A stretch of 64,000 nt of DNA from Dehalococcoidia bacterium (GTDB lineage: Bacteria > Chloroflexota > Dehalococcoidia > UBA6926): contig CBDEUZ010000007.1 of NCBI GenBank assembly GCA_965243495.1, positions 154,450-218,449 on the forward strand, written 5' to 3'. Numbering within the stretch: the first letter of the stretch is position 1; every line of letters starts with the position of its first letter. A program made the translations under genes and the position numbers. A model generated the notes under the pieces. That model was given only the letters and a program-made list of their open reading frames with translations. It was not told where the DNA came from and did not search any database. Shown one piece after another: positions 47,635 to 57,912 of the stretch.

Positions 47635-49043
47635 GCCGCCACCTGCGGCTCGTTCTCAGCCGACGGGGTTCTGTCCCGAGGCTTCTTCATTAGCAGGACA
47701 AGGAGGAGGGCGATGGAGAGAAGGGCAACGACGACATAAGGGATAACTTCACTTTGTGTCTCCGGTGTGACAAATGACAGTAATTCTCTGAAAAGCACAA
47801 ACACACCAAGTGAAGTAGCGGCCAGTATACCCAGAGCCAGACCGAAACGTTCGATACCCCAATATTCGACTTGCAGCACAATAATTGGAACACAGAGGAT
47901 TCCAGCGCCAGTGCCGATCACTACAGCAAGTGCCAAAGTACTCCAATCCCCGATGCCTATGTATATTGCAGTCACACATATCAGTTGCGTAACCATCGCG
48001 CCCATCACAACTCGTCGAGCGCCATATAAATCCACCAAAACACCAGTTACGACTACTGCAAGAACACCCACCAACACCACTTCGGGTTGAGGCTCTTGAA
48101 ATAGCCAAAGTCCTTCCGCCAACCGCGCCGGAAAGTAGTGTGGGGAGAAACTATAGAGACCTGCTCCAATGAGGACACGAGGAAGCAACAGAATCGCGCT
48201 TGTCTGACAGGCGCTAGCCAAGAGTAGGAGCAGGTGGGGATGATTAAGTAAAACTGAACGCAATGGTAATGACGATTCAGGAGTTATCTGAACAGTTGGC
48301 TTCTGTTCTTTCGCTACCTCAGGATCATCTGAGACAAACTGCCCTTTGCTATGAGCGAATACATCATTGGCGAGGAGGCGTCTTAGCAGCAAATAGGCAA
48401 GTATGATGCCCGGAACGAACAAAAAAGCAATATCGATGAGCGAAAGGGGCTGGAATCCGGGTACATCAGGCCGGACAACCCGAGCGAGATCGGAAGGCAG
48501 AATCCAGTACAGAAAACGATGAATACGTGGCAAAGGAAGTATCGTCGCAAGAATGACGGCGGCCAACAACGCTGAAAGAGCCCTTCCACGATTCGAAATG
48601 AACAGCGCTGTGGTCGCCTTGGCAAATCCAATCAGCAGTGCCCCTGCCAGAGCGCCATCAATTACTAGCCAGGCGAGGTACAGTACCCAGTTATCCTCGA
48701 TCAATTCAGCAGCTACAAATATGACTGCCGCTCCGCTCATGATTGGAATGACCGCAGAGACCAGTCTCATACGATCCGCCGCATACCCGGCAATGGCAGC
48801 CACAATGATTGCGAGCGAGAGAAACAGGTAGATGTCGAACGCTGATGGAAACGCGTCGGACCCCGCTCTTGTGCTGGCTCTATCCATTTCAAAGATAAGG
48901 TCCGTATGTGTCTGTGCCCTGATCGCCACAGCCAACAAGAAGAAACCAACCAGCACCACCCACCAGCCGCGATAGAGGCGGCGGCTGGTCAGCCACTCAG
49001 GAAGCAGGGGCTCGGTTCGATAATCCCTATCCTGCTCGTTCAT
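47631..49043 (-). CDS. MFS-like polytopic membrane protein (divergent fifth member of the array)
   Basis: ..RRLYRGWWVVLVGFF.. resembles the FYGWW N-terminal motif of the neighbours, with many TM helices. The ATG at 49043 was chosen; the longest ORF reaches 49187. Confidence 0.55.
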   Translation of the reverse strand: MNEQDRDYRTEPLLPEWLTSRRLYRGWWVVLVGFFLLAVAIRAQTHTDLIFEMDRASTRAGSDAFPSAFDIYLFLSLAIIVAAIAGYAADRMRLVSAVIPIMSGAAVIFVAAELIEDNWVLYLAWLVIDGALAGALLIGFAKATTALFISNRGRALSALLAAVILATILPLPRIHRFLYWILPSDLARVVRPDVPGFQPLSLIDIAFLFVPGIILAYLLLRRLLANDVFAHSKGQFVSDDPEVAKEQKPTVQITPESSLPLRSVLLNHPHLLLLLASACQTSAILLLPRVLIGAGLYSFSPHYFPARLAEGLWLFQEPQPEVVLVGVLAVVVTGVLVDLYGARRVVMGAMVTQLICVTAIYIGIGDWSTLALAVVIGTGAGILCVPIIVLQVEYWGIERFGLALGILAATSLGVFVLFRELLSFVTPETQSEVIPYVVVALLSIALLLVLLMKKPRDRTPSAENEPQVAA

Positions 49044-49165
49044 GCCCCATGCTAGGCGCGGGCGTATCCCAAACACAAACATAAGGTGGCAGTCAGAAGG
49101 ATTGCTACAATAGGTTTCAGCGCGCAGTTCACTCGTCAAACCAGATACAGAGGAGACCCAGCCAA

Positions 49166-50347
49166 ATGCCCCTACCTGAGCAGGCACGTCGCGTCGCGCA
49201 GCTACCCCCGTACCTCTTTGTGGAGGTCACACGCAAGATCAACGAGAAGCGCGCCCGCGGCGAGGACGTCATCTCGCTCGCCATCGGCGACCCTGACCTG
49301 CCCTCCGCCCCGCACGTCATCAGCGCGCTCGTCACATCACTGGAGGATGTAGCCAACCACCGCTACCCGGAATCCGACGGCCTGCCGGCCTTCAGGCGCT
49401 CAGTCGCCGACTGGTACAAGAAGCGGTTTGGTGTGGAGTTTGATCCCGATACAGAAGTCCTGCCCACCATCGGCTCGAAGGAAGGCATCGCCCACATCGC
49501 ATGGTGTTACATCGACCAGGGAGACATCGCGCTGGTGCCGGACCCCGGCTACCCCGTCTACAGTGTCGGCACCATGCTGGCTGGGGGCGAGTCGTACTAC
49601 ATGCCGCTCCACCGGGAGACAGGCTTCCTGCCAGACCTTGATGCCATCCCTGAGGACGTGGCCCGGAAAGCCAAGCTCCTATGGATCAACTACCCCAACA
49701 ACCCGACGGCTGCGGTGGCCGAGCTGGATTTCTATGAGCGGGTCGTCGAGTTCGCCAAGAAGTACGATATCGTCGTCTGTCACGACGGCCCCTACACAGA
49801 GGTCGCTTTTGACGGATACAAACCCGTGAGCTTCATGCAGGTGGACGGGGCAAAGGATGTGGGCATTGAGTTCCACTCACTGTCCAAGTCGTACAACATG
49901 ACAGGCTGGCGAATCGGCATGACCGTCGGCAACGCGGAGGTCACCAACGCGCTGATGCGTATCAAGTCCAACGTGGACTCCGGCGTGTTCCAGGCCGTGC
50001 AGTTGGCAGGGATCGCTGCGATTGAGGGACCGCAGGACATCATCGACCACCACAACGCCGTCTACCAGGCAAGGCGAGACAAGCTTATCCCTGCCCTGCG
50101 CAAGATGGGCCTCGAGGTCGATCCTCCCAAGGCGAGCCTCTACGTCTGGGCTAAACTGCCGGATGGTGTCTTATCCGGCGACTTCGCGTCACGCCTCATC
50201 GAAGAGGCGAACGTCGTTGTGACGCCCGGCCGCGGCTACGGCGAGGCGGGCGAGGGATATATCCGCTGCTCACTGACCGTCAGTGACGACGCCCTTGATC
50301 GCGCGCTGGAGCGGCTAAGCAACGTCAACATCTCTGATCTTGTCTAG
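49166..50347 (+). CDS. Class I/II PLP aminotransferase, LL-diaminopimelate aminotransferase-like
   Basis: ..[34 protein letters not shown].. pattern typical of DapL-type enzymes. PLP Lys region ..[14 protein letters not shown].. dapF lies 7 kb upstream. Confidence 0.75.
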   Translation: MPLPEQARRVAQLPPYLFVEVTRKINEKRARGEDVISLAIGDPDLPSAPHVISALVTSLEDVANHRYPESDGLPAFRRSVADWYKKRFGVEFDPDTEVLPTIGSKEGIAHIAWCYIDQGDIALVPDPGYPVYSVGTMLAGGESYYMPLHRETGFLPDLDAIPEDVARKAKLLWINYPNNPTAAVAELDFYERVVEFAKKYDIVVCHDGPYTEVAFDGYKPVSFMQVDGAKDVGIEFHSLSKSYNMTGWRIGMTVGNAEVTNALMRIKSNVDSGVFQAVQLAGIAAIEGPQDIIDHHNAVYQARRDKLIPALRKMGLEVDPPKASLYVWAKLPDGVLSGDFASRLIEEANVVVTPGRGYGEAGEGYIRCSLTVSDDALDRALERLSNVNISDLV

Positions 50348-50355
50348 GTATACGA

Positions 50356-50697
50356 ATGGATATGGCACAAGTGAACAACACGCGGCACACAGAGAACGCT
50401 GTCAGCCCATTTCACGTTGACGAGGAGCGTGTGATACTCGTTTTGGCGTGGGCGGAGCGCTCTATGACGTTGCGTGAGTTGTCTGCGAGCCTTGAGACCT
50501 CTGCGGAGAGTTTACGCGAAGCGATGCGTTCGCTTTACCGACGTCATTTCATCCTGGTATCACGGGGCATCGGTCAGATTGAAGATACGTACCTGCTTTC
50601 GCAATCTGCCCGCTTGTATGCCCGCCGTTACCTGCTCCCCGAAACGCCGCGTGATCTGCCGATAGAGACTCTCTCTACCCCGAACAAGCGGCGCTAA
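50356..50697 (+). CDS. Hypothetical protein (113 aa)
   Basis: ORF with a reasonable codon pattern. It may be a small winged-helix-like regulator (..LRELSASLETSAESLREAMRSLYRRHFI..), which is speculative. Confidence 0.4.
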   Translation: MDMAQVNNTRHTENAVSPFHVDEERVILVLAWAERSMTLRELSASLETSAESLREAMRSLYRRHFILVSRGIGQIEDTYLLSQSARLYARRYLLPETPRDLPIETLSTPNKRR

Positions 50698-51413
50698 AGG
50701 TCCGCGTTGAACGCGAACCAGTTGACCCACCAGTAGTAGGTGATATACGCGCCCGCGCCGATGAGCATGACCGGGCTCGCCCACTCCACGATCGGCATCG
50801 CCTGGCGAATCACCACGCGGATAAGATCCTTGAAGACTGCGGCTCCCAGCGTCAGGCCAATCAGGCCCACACCCATCCCCGCGCCATAGATCAGGAACAT
50901 GATGAAAGCCGCATAGCCGCCGATGACCTGCCCCTGCGCGAGAATGGCCAGGAAGATGGGAAACGTGCAGCTTAACGTGGCGAGCGCATAAGCCAGCCCG
51001 AACAGGAAAACGGACGTCAACCCCCGGCTCCCTGTGCCCCAATTGACTCCAATGGTCGGAATGAGCGCGATGGAGCGCTTGTTCACCAGCATGAATACGA
51101 TCATGTACGCGCCCAAAAGCGCGAGCGCCACCCCGACGATGATCGCGATATAGGGGATGATGTCGCGCAGGATAGTTCCCACCGCACTCCACACGACGCC
51201 GAAAGCGCCGAACAAAAACAGGAACGCGAGTGCCGCTGTGCCACCGACAAGCATCGCCTGCCCTAGGCGAAGCGCAATGGGACGCTCCTCGTAGCCTTCT
51301 TCGCGTGAGCCGATGTAGTAGCCGATGTACGCCGGCAGCATCGCCACGCCGCATGGACTCGCCAATGCGACAAAACCGGCGCTGAAAGCAAAGGCAAAGG
51401 GGAGGTTGAACAT
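50694..51413 (-). CDS. ccdA: cytochrome c-type biogenesis / thiol-disulfide transmembrane electron transfer protein CcdA
   Basis: 6 TM with the two conserved Cys motifs (..ALASPCGVAMLPAY.. and ..LATLSCTFPIFL..). Confidence 0.75.
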   Translation of the reverse strand: MFNLPFAFAFSAGFVALASPCGVAMLPAYIGYYIGSREEGYEERPIALRLGQAMLVGGTAALAFLFLFGAFGVVWSAVGTILRDIIPYIAIIVGVALALLGAYMIVFMLVNKRSIALIPTIGVNWGTGSRGLTSVFLFGLAYALATLSCTFPIFLAILAQGQVIGGYAAFIMFLIYGAGMGVGLIGLTLGAAVFKDLIRVVIRQAMPIVEWASPVMLIGAGAYITYYWWVNWFAFNADL

Positions 51414-51503
51414 TATCCGGCCCTCATATACCAAAAGTATACGGGCGCGGCATTATCCCTTGTCGGCTTGCGCCAACGACGTTCGTTGAGAAAGAGGCTG
51501 CTC

Positions 51504-51887
51504 CTAGACGTTTACAGCCTCTTGGTCAATGACCGCGCAGGACATCAGGCGCTCTGTCGTCTCCGTAAGCATGGCATCACCTAGGGCAAGGATGTCCTTC
51601 ACACGCTGATCCGTTACTGAATAGAAGACGTTGCGGCCACGCCGATCCGCGTCAACGAAACCACACCAGCGAAGGCAGGAAAGGTGACTGGAAACGCGGC
51701 CCTGCGGTGCGCCCAGCATCTCTACAAGTTCAGAGACGCTGCGCTCTGACTCCAAAAGGATATGGAGGATCCGCAGCCTCGTTGGGTCTCCAAGTCCGCG
51801 GAAGAATCGGGCGGTCGCCTCTGCGCCGGAGGGCGCAGCAATCATAGGGCCTGTTTGCGTGAGGGTCATTGCGTGCATTGCGCTCAT
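51504..51887 (-). CDS. ArsR/SmtB family transcriptional regulator
   Basis: ..GLGDPTRLRILHILLESERSVSELVEMLGAPQGRVSSHLSCLRWCGFV..GRNVFYS.. winged-helix motif. The longest ORF extends to 51968. Confidence 0.7.
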   Translation of the reverse strand: MSAMHAMTLTQTGPMIAAPSGAEATARFFRGLGDPTRLRILHILLESERSVSELVEMLGAPQGRVSSHLSCLRWCGFVDADRRGRNVFYSVTDQRVKDILALGDAMLTETTERLMSCAVIDQEAVNV

Positions 51888-52033
51888 TACGTGAGTCCGT
51901 CCAATCCCGGTTCTTCCGCTCGTCCTACCCTGTCCATTTCGGAGGGCGCACAATGCACCGCTCCTCACACGTCATGGACTTCTTAACTATATCGTATGTC
52001 ACAGAGTGAGTCCGCCCGTACAATTGAAAGCAG

Positions 52034-53200
52034 ATGCACACGCCCAGTTATGCTCAGACCCTCCTTCGACGCTTGTTGACCCCGTTGCGACACGCGGCCA
52101 TTCTCACCGTGGGCATTGTTGCCATACTCGCGGCGTCCTGCGCCAGCGAGCCAACTCCAACACCCACCCCACAGCCCACTCACACAAGCACTCCAACGGC
52201 GACATCGATCCCAACAGCAATCCCGATCCCCACTACCTTCCACACACCACGCCCGATCAGCCTGCCCGCGGATGAAGCGTCACACACCGATCCGGTGGAG
52301 TGGTGGTACTACAGCGGCGTCATGGAGGATGAGGATGATGCCGGTTATGGATTCCACTTCGTCATATTCCAGGTGACGAACCCGGAAAACGGCGATGCGG
52401 GCTACATGTCCCACGCCTCCGTGTTTGATGTGGGCTCGGGACTCAGGGAACAGTCGGTGCGCTTCGGGACGGGCGCACAGGCGCAACCGCCTTCGGGATT
52501 TGATTTCTCCGTGGCGGACTGGACGCTCAGCGGCGACGATGGCAAACACTCATTCGCCGCAACGACGGACACGTTCGCATTCAATCTCTCCGTGGAGGCC
52601 AACAAGCCTGCCATTCTCCACAACAAGACAGGCTACCTGGAGGCGCTGAACGGCTGGACCTACTACTACAGCTGGACAGACATGGACGTGCGCGGCACGC
52701 TCACCGTCAATGGGCAAGAGCTGGATGTCACTGGCGAAGCCTGGATGGACCACCAATGGGGCGATTTTGTCGTCAGGGGATACCCGAGCGGCTGGCAGTG
52801 GTTCGCCGTCTCCATGGACAACAACTACGAGTTGATGGTGGCCGAGGCCCGTGAGTCCGATGGGCAGGTCATCACGTACGGCACGCTGGTTGACCCGTCC
52901 GGTGTGACAACGCACATCGACGCCGAGGACATCGAAATCGAAGTTCTCAGCACATGGACAAGCCCCCATACCGGTGGGGAATATCCTGCAGGATGGCTCA
53001 TCACGATCTTCGAGCATGAACTCTCCATAAAGCTCACGCCCTTGCTGGATGACCAGGAATTCACGCTCGCCTTTCCGCCGAACACCATCTACTGGGAAGG
53101 GCTGACGGAAACGGACATCACATTCGGCGGCCAGCCCGTTGGCGGTTCTGCTTACGTAGAACTTGTCGGATACGCGCCGCTCCCGACTCCGACTTCCTGA
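52034..53200 (+). CDS. AttH/CrtC-like (lipocalin-like hydratase superfamily) lipoprotein
   Basis: Lipobox ILAASC, PT-rich linker, then ..PVEWWYYSGVM.. and ..WMDHQWGDF.. motifs characteristic of the hydroxyneurosporene-synthase/AttH fold. Confidence 0.55.
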   Translation: MHTPSYAQTLLRRLLTPLRHAAILTVGIVAILAASCASEPTPTPTPQPTHTSTPTATSIPTAIPIPTTFHTPRPISLPADEASHTDPVEWWYYSGVMEDEDDAGYGFHFVIFQVTNPENGDAGYMSHASVFDVGSGLREQSVRFGTGAQAQPPSGFDFSVADWTLSGDDGKHSFAATTDTFAFNLSVEANKPAILHNKTGYLEALNGWTYYYSWTDMDVRGTLTVNGQELDVTGEAWMDHQWGDFVVRGYPSGWQWFAVSMDNNYELMVAEARESDGQVITYGTLVDPSGVTTHIDAEDIEIEVLSTWTSPHTGGEYPAGWLITIFEHELSIKLTPLLDDQEFTLAFPPNTIYWEGLTETDITFGGQPVGGSAYVELVGYAPLPTPTS

Positions 53201-53230
53201 ATCACTGTAAGGAGATTCGGGGAACCTGCG

Positions 53231-53956
53231 CTATTCGTCGTCCTCATCCTCCATCCCGTATGTGCGAAATGTTGCGCCCCAACGGTCTGAATGCTTGTAC
53301 GTGAGATCTTCAAATAGCCCGGTGAATTGTGGGGTGTCGATTGGGTCTGTCGTCATGACGTAAGCATCCTCACCGTTGTCGGAGTAGTAGCGCTTGCGTC
53401 GCCCAACAATTCTGAATCCGTACTTCTTATAGAGATTCTGAGCGACTTCATTGGATACCCGAACCTCAAGCGTCACAGCACGGCAATTGAGCAGCTTGCT
53501 CGCCTCCACTGCGCCGATGATCAACAGTTCACCGATTCCCTGTCCTCGATGCGACTTACGAACGCCTACGCTTGTCACGTGCCCTTCATCAATGACAGCC
53601 CACAAGCCGAGATAACCGGCGATCAACTCCTCAGTTGGAGGCGGCAAGTCTGTACTGACCCTGAGCAGCCTCTTGACAGTGTTCGTGATGCCTCCACCAC
53701 GTCCCCGGCCATTACCGCCGGATCCCCCGATACGTGGTAGTTCGTGCGTGAGGGCATAATCGTTATAGGCCGCATCATGGGCAACCGCAACCAGATAATG
53801 TGCATACTTCCGATCACGGATATCGCGCCGGAACGGCGGCGGGTACCTGTTCTCCGGAAATGCGTCGCGGTCAATCTGGGCGGCTTGAGTGATATCACCC
53901 TCATGCATGGGGCGAAGCAGCCAGGGCATTTCGTCAAACGCGTTGTTGTCCACCAT
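53231..53956 (-). CDS. GNAT family N-acetyltransferase (RimI-like) with internal Gly/Arg-rich insertion
   Basis: ..YLGLWAVIDEGHVTSVGVRKSHRGQGIGELLI..NEVAQNLYKKYGFRIVGRRKRYY.. acetyl-CoA binding motifs. A GSGGNGRGRGGG insertion sits in the N-terminal half. Confidence 0.7.
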   Translation of the reverse strand: MVDNNAFDEMPWLLRPMHEGDITQAAQIDRDAFPENRYPPPFRRDIRDRKYAHYLVAVAHDAAYNDYALTHELPRIGGSGGNGRGRGGGITNTVKRLLRVSTDLPPPTEELIAGYLGLWAVIDEGHVTSVGVRKSHRGQGIGELLIIGAVEASKLLNCRAVTLEVRVSNEVAQNLYKKYGFRIVGRRKRYYSDNGEDAYVMTTDPIDTPQFTGLFEDLTYKHSDRWGATFRTYGMEDEDDE

Positions 53957-54050
53957 TGATCTCTCGTCGCCTGCAAAGAGGATAAAGTGAAACAGTCGTC
54001 AACGCGCAGCTAACCCTGAGAGGAACCTAAACGTTATCTGGATGTAGTGA

Positions 54051-54665
54051 ATGAACCAGGAGCCAGCACGCATTCACTCGGGGACGGAAACATCACTGAC
54101 AGATGGTGACATCGCAGCCATTGTTCAGAGGGCACAGAACGGGGAGGCAGCTGCGTTTGGTCAACTCTATGAAATCTATTCCGACAGGGTCTTTCGATAC
54201 GTCGCATATCGCGTAGATAGTGACGCGGACGCGGAGGACATCACGGAGGATGTGTTCATTCGTATGTTAGAGGCAATCGGCTCATTCAAATGGAGGGCCG
54301 TACCGTTCTCGGCGTGGCTTATGCGCATAGCGCACAACCGAGTCATTGACCACTACCGTCGTGGCCGGCTCCGAACGGCAACGCCGCTTGATGATGCGCC
54401 GCCTCTTCCCTCCCGCGACCGAGACCCCCAGGAAAGAGTGGACACATTCTCAGATCTCCAGGAATTGCGCGTGGCGATGGCCGGCCTTACTGACCTGCAG
54501 CGGCAGGTGATATCCCTCAGATTCGGCTCGGATCTGTCAATCGCTGAAACCGCTCATGTGATGAATCGCAATGAGGGCGCGGTGAAGGCGCTGCAGCACA
54601 GCGCGATTCGGGCTCTGCGTCGGCTCATGTTGCCAAGAAGTGCAGAAGGCGGTGCAACGCCATGA
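54051..54665 (+). CDS. RNA polymerase sigma-70 factor, ECF subfamily
   Basis: Region 2 (..FGQLYEIYSDRVFRYVAYRV..AEDITEDVFIRM..) and region 4 (..LQRQVISLRFGSDLSIAETAHVM..). Confidence 0.85.
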   Translation: MNQEPARIHSGTETSLTDGDIAAIVQRAQNGEAAAFGQLYEIYSDRVFRYVAYRVDSDADAEDITEDVFIRMLEAIGSFKWRAVPFSAWLMRIAHNRVIDHYRRGRLRTATPLDDAPPLPSRDRDPQERVDTFSDLQELRVAMAGLTDLQRQVISLRFGSDLSIAETAHVMNRNEGAVKALQHSAIRALRRLMLPRSAEGGATP

Positions 54666-56035
54666 CAACGCTGCCTCCTGACGACCCTGCCCTTGCGGAA
54701 GTCGTAAATGACTGCCTGGAAGCGCTCCGACACGGTGAGTCGATTGACGACTGTCTGAGCCGTCATCCTGACATCGCGGATGAGCTACGGCCTCTACTGA
54801 CCGCCGCCCTGGCAATGGCCGAAGTTGCTCCGGCTCGTGATGGCACAGCACGCCGTATGGCACACACCCGCTTCGAGGGTGCCGTAAGGCATCACCTCGC
54901 CACAAACCGGCGGATTGCTGCGAGATTCTCAATTCGTGACTGGTGGAACACACGCGCCTCAGGGTGGAGACGTGTTTGGGCCGCTGGATTCGCCAGCATG
55001 GCGCTGTTTGTCATCCTCAGTACGGGAGCTGCGTATGCCTCCAACGACGCACTGCCTGATAGCCCGCTCTACCCTGTCAAGCGCGCGACTGAGCACGCGC
55101 GGCTCGCGATCACGTTCTCAGACGAGAGCCGGGCCATCTATCACCTGGAACTTATAGAACGCCGCACTTTGGAACTGGCAGCTGTCGCTGAATCCGGCGA
55201 TCAGACAAGGGCGGAGGCGCTCAGTCGTGACGTGCTCAAGAACATTGAATTCGCGCGCGTGGAAGCAGGGTACACAGAGGCTGGTGTTGCACAGCAAGAG
55301 GCCGTGCAACAGACAGAGGCTACTGACCAATTGGCCGGCGAGACAGCGGCGACAATCACGCTTGCTCCTGACGACAGTGACGCAAGCTCTGCCGAGGTCA
55401 CCGATATCGTGCAGGTCCGCGTGGATCCGCGTCTTCATGCATACATTGAAGCCGAGCGAGAAACCGCCGCCCGCGCGTACGCCACGCTCCAAATCGCCCA
55501 CCAACTCGCTCCGCCACATATGCGACCGCATGTCTTGAACGCGCTAACTCTCGCAGAGCAGCGCTATAGAACAACCCGTTTCCCCGGCGAGCCGGCCCCA
55601 ATCTCCCGCACACTCTTTGCGCAGGGAATCGCCCGTATCACCGACCGTGGTATGACCATCAGCGGCAAACTTCCGTTTGAAATCTCCCACAATGCTCTCG
55701 GTAATCGTCCGCCGCAGGATGGTGATGCTGTAACCGTCGGAGGATACGTTCGGGACGATGGCGTCCTCCTTGTACTGCGCCTGTATGCATTCGAGGCGGG
55801 GGAAATTACAGAGGATCAAATCTGGCTACAGTCTGAAGCGCTTGGCCGGAACGAAGGTGTCCTCTTTATCCCCGGGTTCAACGTCTCAGTGGACGACTGG
55901 GCACAGGTGGGGAACCCGGCAACCAATCAAGGTAGCTGGGTCTACGTAGAAGGAACGGTGAGGGACTACGGCGAAGTTGATGGGGAGGACATTCACCTGC
56001 TCGGGGAAGGCCCTATTCTCTTCCCACGCCCATAA
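54662..56035 (+). CDS. Putative anti-sigma factor (single TM, DUF5667-like extracytoplasmic domain)
   Basis: Overlaps the sigma gene stop (ATGA). N-terminal cytoplasmic segment, TM (WAAGFASMALFVILSTGAAYA), then ..PDSPLYPVKRATEHARL.. Confidence 0.6.
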   Translation: MTTLPPDDPALAEVVNDCLEALRHGESIDDCLSRHPDIADELRPLLTAALAMAEVAPARDGTARRMAHTRFEGAVRHHLATNRRIAARFSIRDWWNTRASGWRRVWAAGFASMALFVILSTGAAYASNDALPDSPLYPVKRATEHARLAITFSDESRAIYHLELIERRTLELAAVAESGDQTRAEALSRDVLKNIEFARVEAGYTEAGVAQQEAVQQTEATDQLAGETAATITLAPDDSDASSAEVTDIVQVRVDPRLHAYIEAERETAARAYATLQIAHQLAPPHMRPHVLNALTLAEQRYRTTRFPGEPAPISRTLFAQGIARITDRGMTISGKLPFEISHNALGNRPPQDGDAVTVGGYVRDDGVLLVLRLYAFEAGEITEDQIWLQSEALGRNEGVLFIPGFNVSVDDWAQVGNPATNQGSWVYVEGTVRDYGEVDGEDIHLLGEGPILFPRP

Positions 56036-56085
56036 TGCTTTGCCTGGCGTACAGGCGGGCAAACGTAACGTAACTCGCGCTATAC

Positions 56086-57912
56086 TTGGATGTTATGAAC
56101 CGTCCCGCCCAAAAGTCGGGCGTTTGGTATAACGTTCGGATCTTTCTGCGACTGCAGACTTTCCTCCTGCCGTATTGGCATCGGGCGACCCTGACGTATG
56201 TCCTTTTGTTCGTCTCCAGCGCCAGCGCCCTGGTGATCCCTTGGCTCTTTGGACGAGCAGTCGATCGACTCGTTGAGCAGGCTTCCTTAGGAACGATTCT
56301 CACCGTCGCTGGATGGATCCTGGCTGCCGCCATCGTCCGTGGAGCCACGTCGTACGGGCAGAGCTATTTCAGCCAGGCCGTTTCGCAGCTCGTTGCGTAC
56401 GACCTACGCAACGCCATGTACGACCGATTCCAACGGCAGAGTTTCTCGTTCTTCGATACGTCGCGGACGGCCGAGCTAATGTCACGGGCAACGGCGGACG
56501 TGGAGTCCGTACGCATGCTGATGAGCTTCGCGCTGGTTCGCATCGTCCAAGTCGCCGTGATGCTCTTAATGGTGACCGTCGTACTGCTCCAATCCAATTG
56601 GCAGTTGGCATTGGTCACGCTGGCCGTCCTGCCGTTCATCGCCTACCGCACGACGCGAACAAGCCGCCGCCTGCGCCCTGTTTGGCTCTCCGTGCAGCAG
56701 GAAATGGCGGCCTTGAGCACTGTTCTTCAGGAAAGCCTGTCCGGAATGCGCGTCGTCAAGGCGTTCGGACGCGAGAAAGAGGAGACGAATCGCTTCAGCA
56801 AGCAGGCATACAAGCTCTACGAACGCAACATCACTGCGAACGATGAGCAGGCCCTCAACACGTCCCTAATGACGTTCTCCGTTTATTTCGCCGCAGGCAT
56901 CCAGTTGCTCTACGGCGGGTACATGGTCATGCAGGGTAATCTCACACCCGGCGACCTCACCGCCTTCCTCTTCTATCTGCTAACCATTACGGTCTACATT
57001 CGCATGATCGGCTGGCTCGGCAATCAGCTTTCTCGCGCCGTCGCCTCCGGTGAACGCATCTTTGAGATCCTGGACGCCCGCCCGGAGGTACGCGAGAAGC
57101 CGGATGCGACGGATAACGCCGTTCTTGACGGTCGAGTCGCGTTCAATACAGTCTCGTTCGGTTATGGCGGGCGGGACGATGTTCTGCAGGACGTGACTTT
57201 CGTGGCGGAGCCGGGCCAGGTCATCGCCGTCGTGGGAGCAACAGGCAGCGGAAAAACAACCCTCGTTAGCCTGATTCCACGGTTCTACGACCCGACGCGT
57301 GGGGCGGTCGTTATCGATGGCGAGGACGTGCGGAACATGACGCTGGACCACCTGCGCGGCTCAATCGGCCTTGTCCAGCAGGATGTCTTCCTATTCTCGG
57401 CGACGATTCGCGACAACATTGCTTACGGAGTGCCTGACGCGCCGGAGGAAGAAATCATCGCCGCGGCCAGTGCCGCCCGCCTTGACAGCTTTATCCGCAG
57501 CCTGCCCGACCAATATGACACGTGGTTGGGCGAGCGTGGCATCAACCTCTCTGGCGGACAGCGGCAGCGGCTCGCCATCGCCCGAACCCTGCTGCTCGAC
57601 CCTCGCATCCTGATCCTGGATGATTCCCTCTCCAGCGTGGACGCGGAAACAGAGAGGTCAATCCAGCAGGCTCTTGATCGCGTGATGCAAGGGCGAACGA
57701 CAATCGTTGTCGCCCAGCGGTTGGCCAGTGTTCTGCGAGCCGATCAGATACTCGTGTTGGATGAGGGCCGCATCGTCCAGCGCGGGACCCACGCGGAACT
57801 TGTCGCATACCCGGGGCCTTACCGCCAGATCTACGAATTGCAGTTGCGTCACCAGGAGGAGGCGTATGCAGCCGCTCCGGATACGATGACCGTTGGGGGA
57901 ACGCAGCCATGA
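56086..57912 (+). CDS. ABC transporter permease/ATP-binding protein (exporter half-transporter A)
   Basis: 6-TM domain plus NBD ([23 protein letters not shown]). Confidence 0.9.
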   Translation: MDVMNRPAQKSGVWYNVRIFLRLQTFLLPYWHRATLTYVLLFVSSASALVIPWLFGRAVDRLVEQASLGTILTVAGWILAAAIVRGATSYGQSYFSQAVSQLVAYDLRNAMYDRFQRQSFSFFDTSRTAELMSRATADVESVRMLMSFALVRIVQVAVMLLMVTVVLLQSNWQLALVTLAVLPFIAYRTTRTSRRLRPVWLSVQQEMAALSTVLQESLSGMRVVKAFGREKEETNRFSKQAYKLYERNITANDEQALNTSLMTFSVYFAAGIQLLYGGYMVMQGNLTPGDLTAFLFYLLTITVYIRMIGWLGNQLSRAVASGERIFEILDARPEVREKPDATDNAVLDGRVAFNTVSFGYGGRDDVLQDVTFVAEPGQVIAVVGATGSGKTTLVSLIPRFYDPTRGAVVIDGEDVRNMTLDHLRGSIGLVQQDVFLFSATIRDNIAYGVPDAPEEEIIAAASAARLDSFIRSLPDQYDTWLGERGINLSGGQRQRLAIARTLLLDPRILILDDSLSSVDAETERSIQQALDRVMQGRTTIVVAQRLASVLRADQILVLDEGRIVQRGTHAELVAYPGPYRQIYELQLRHQEEAYAAAPDTMTVGGTQP

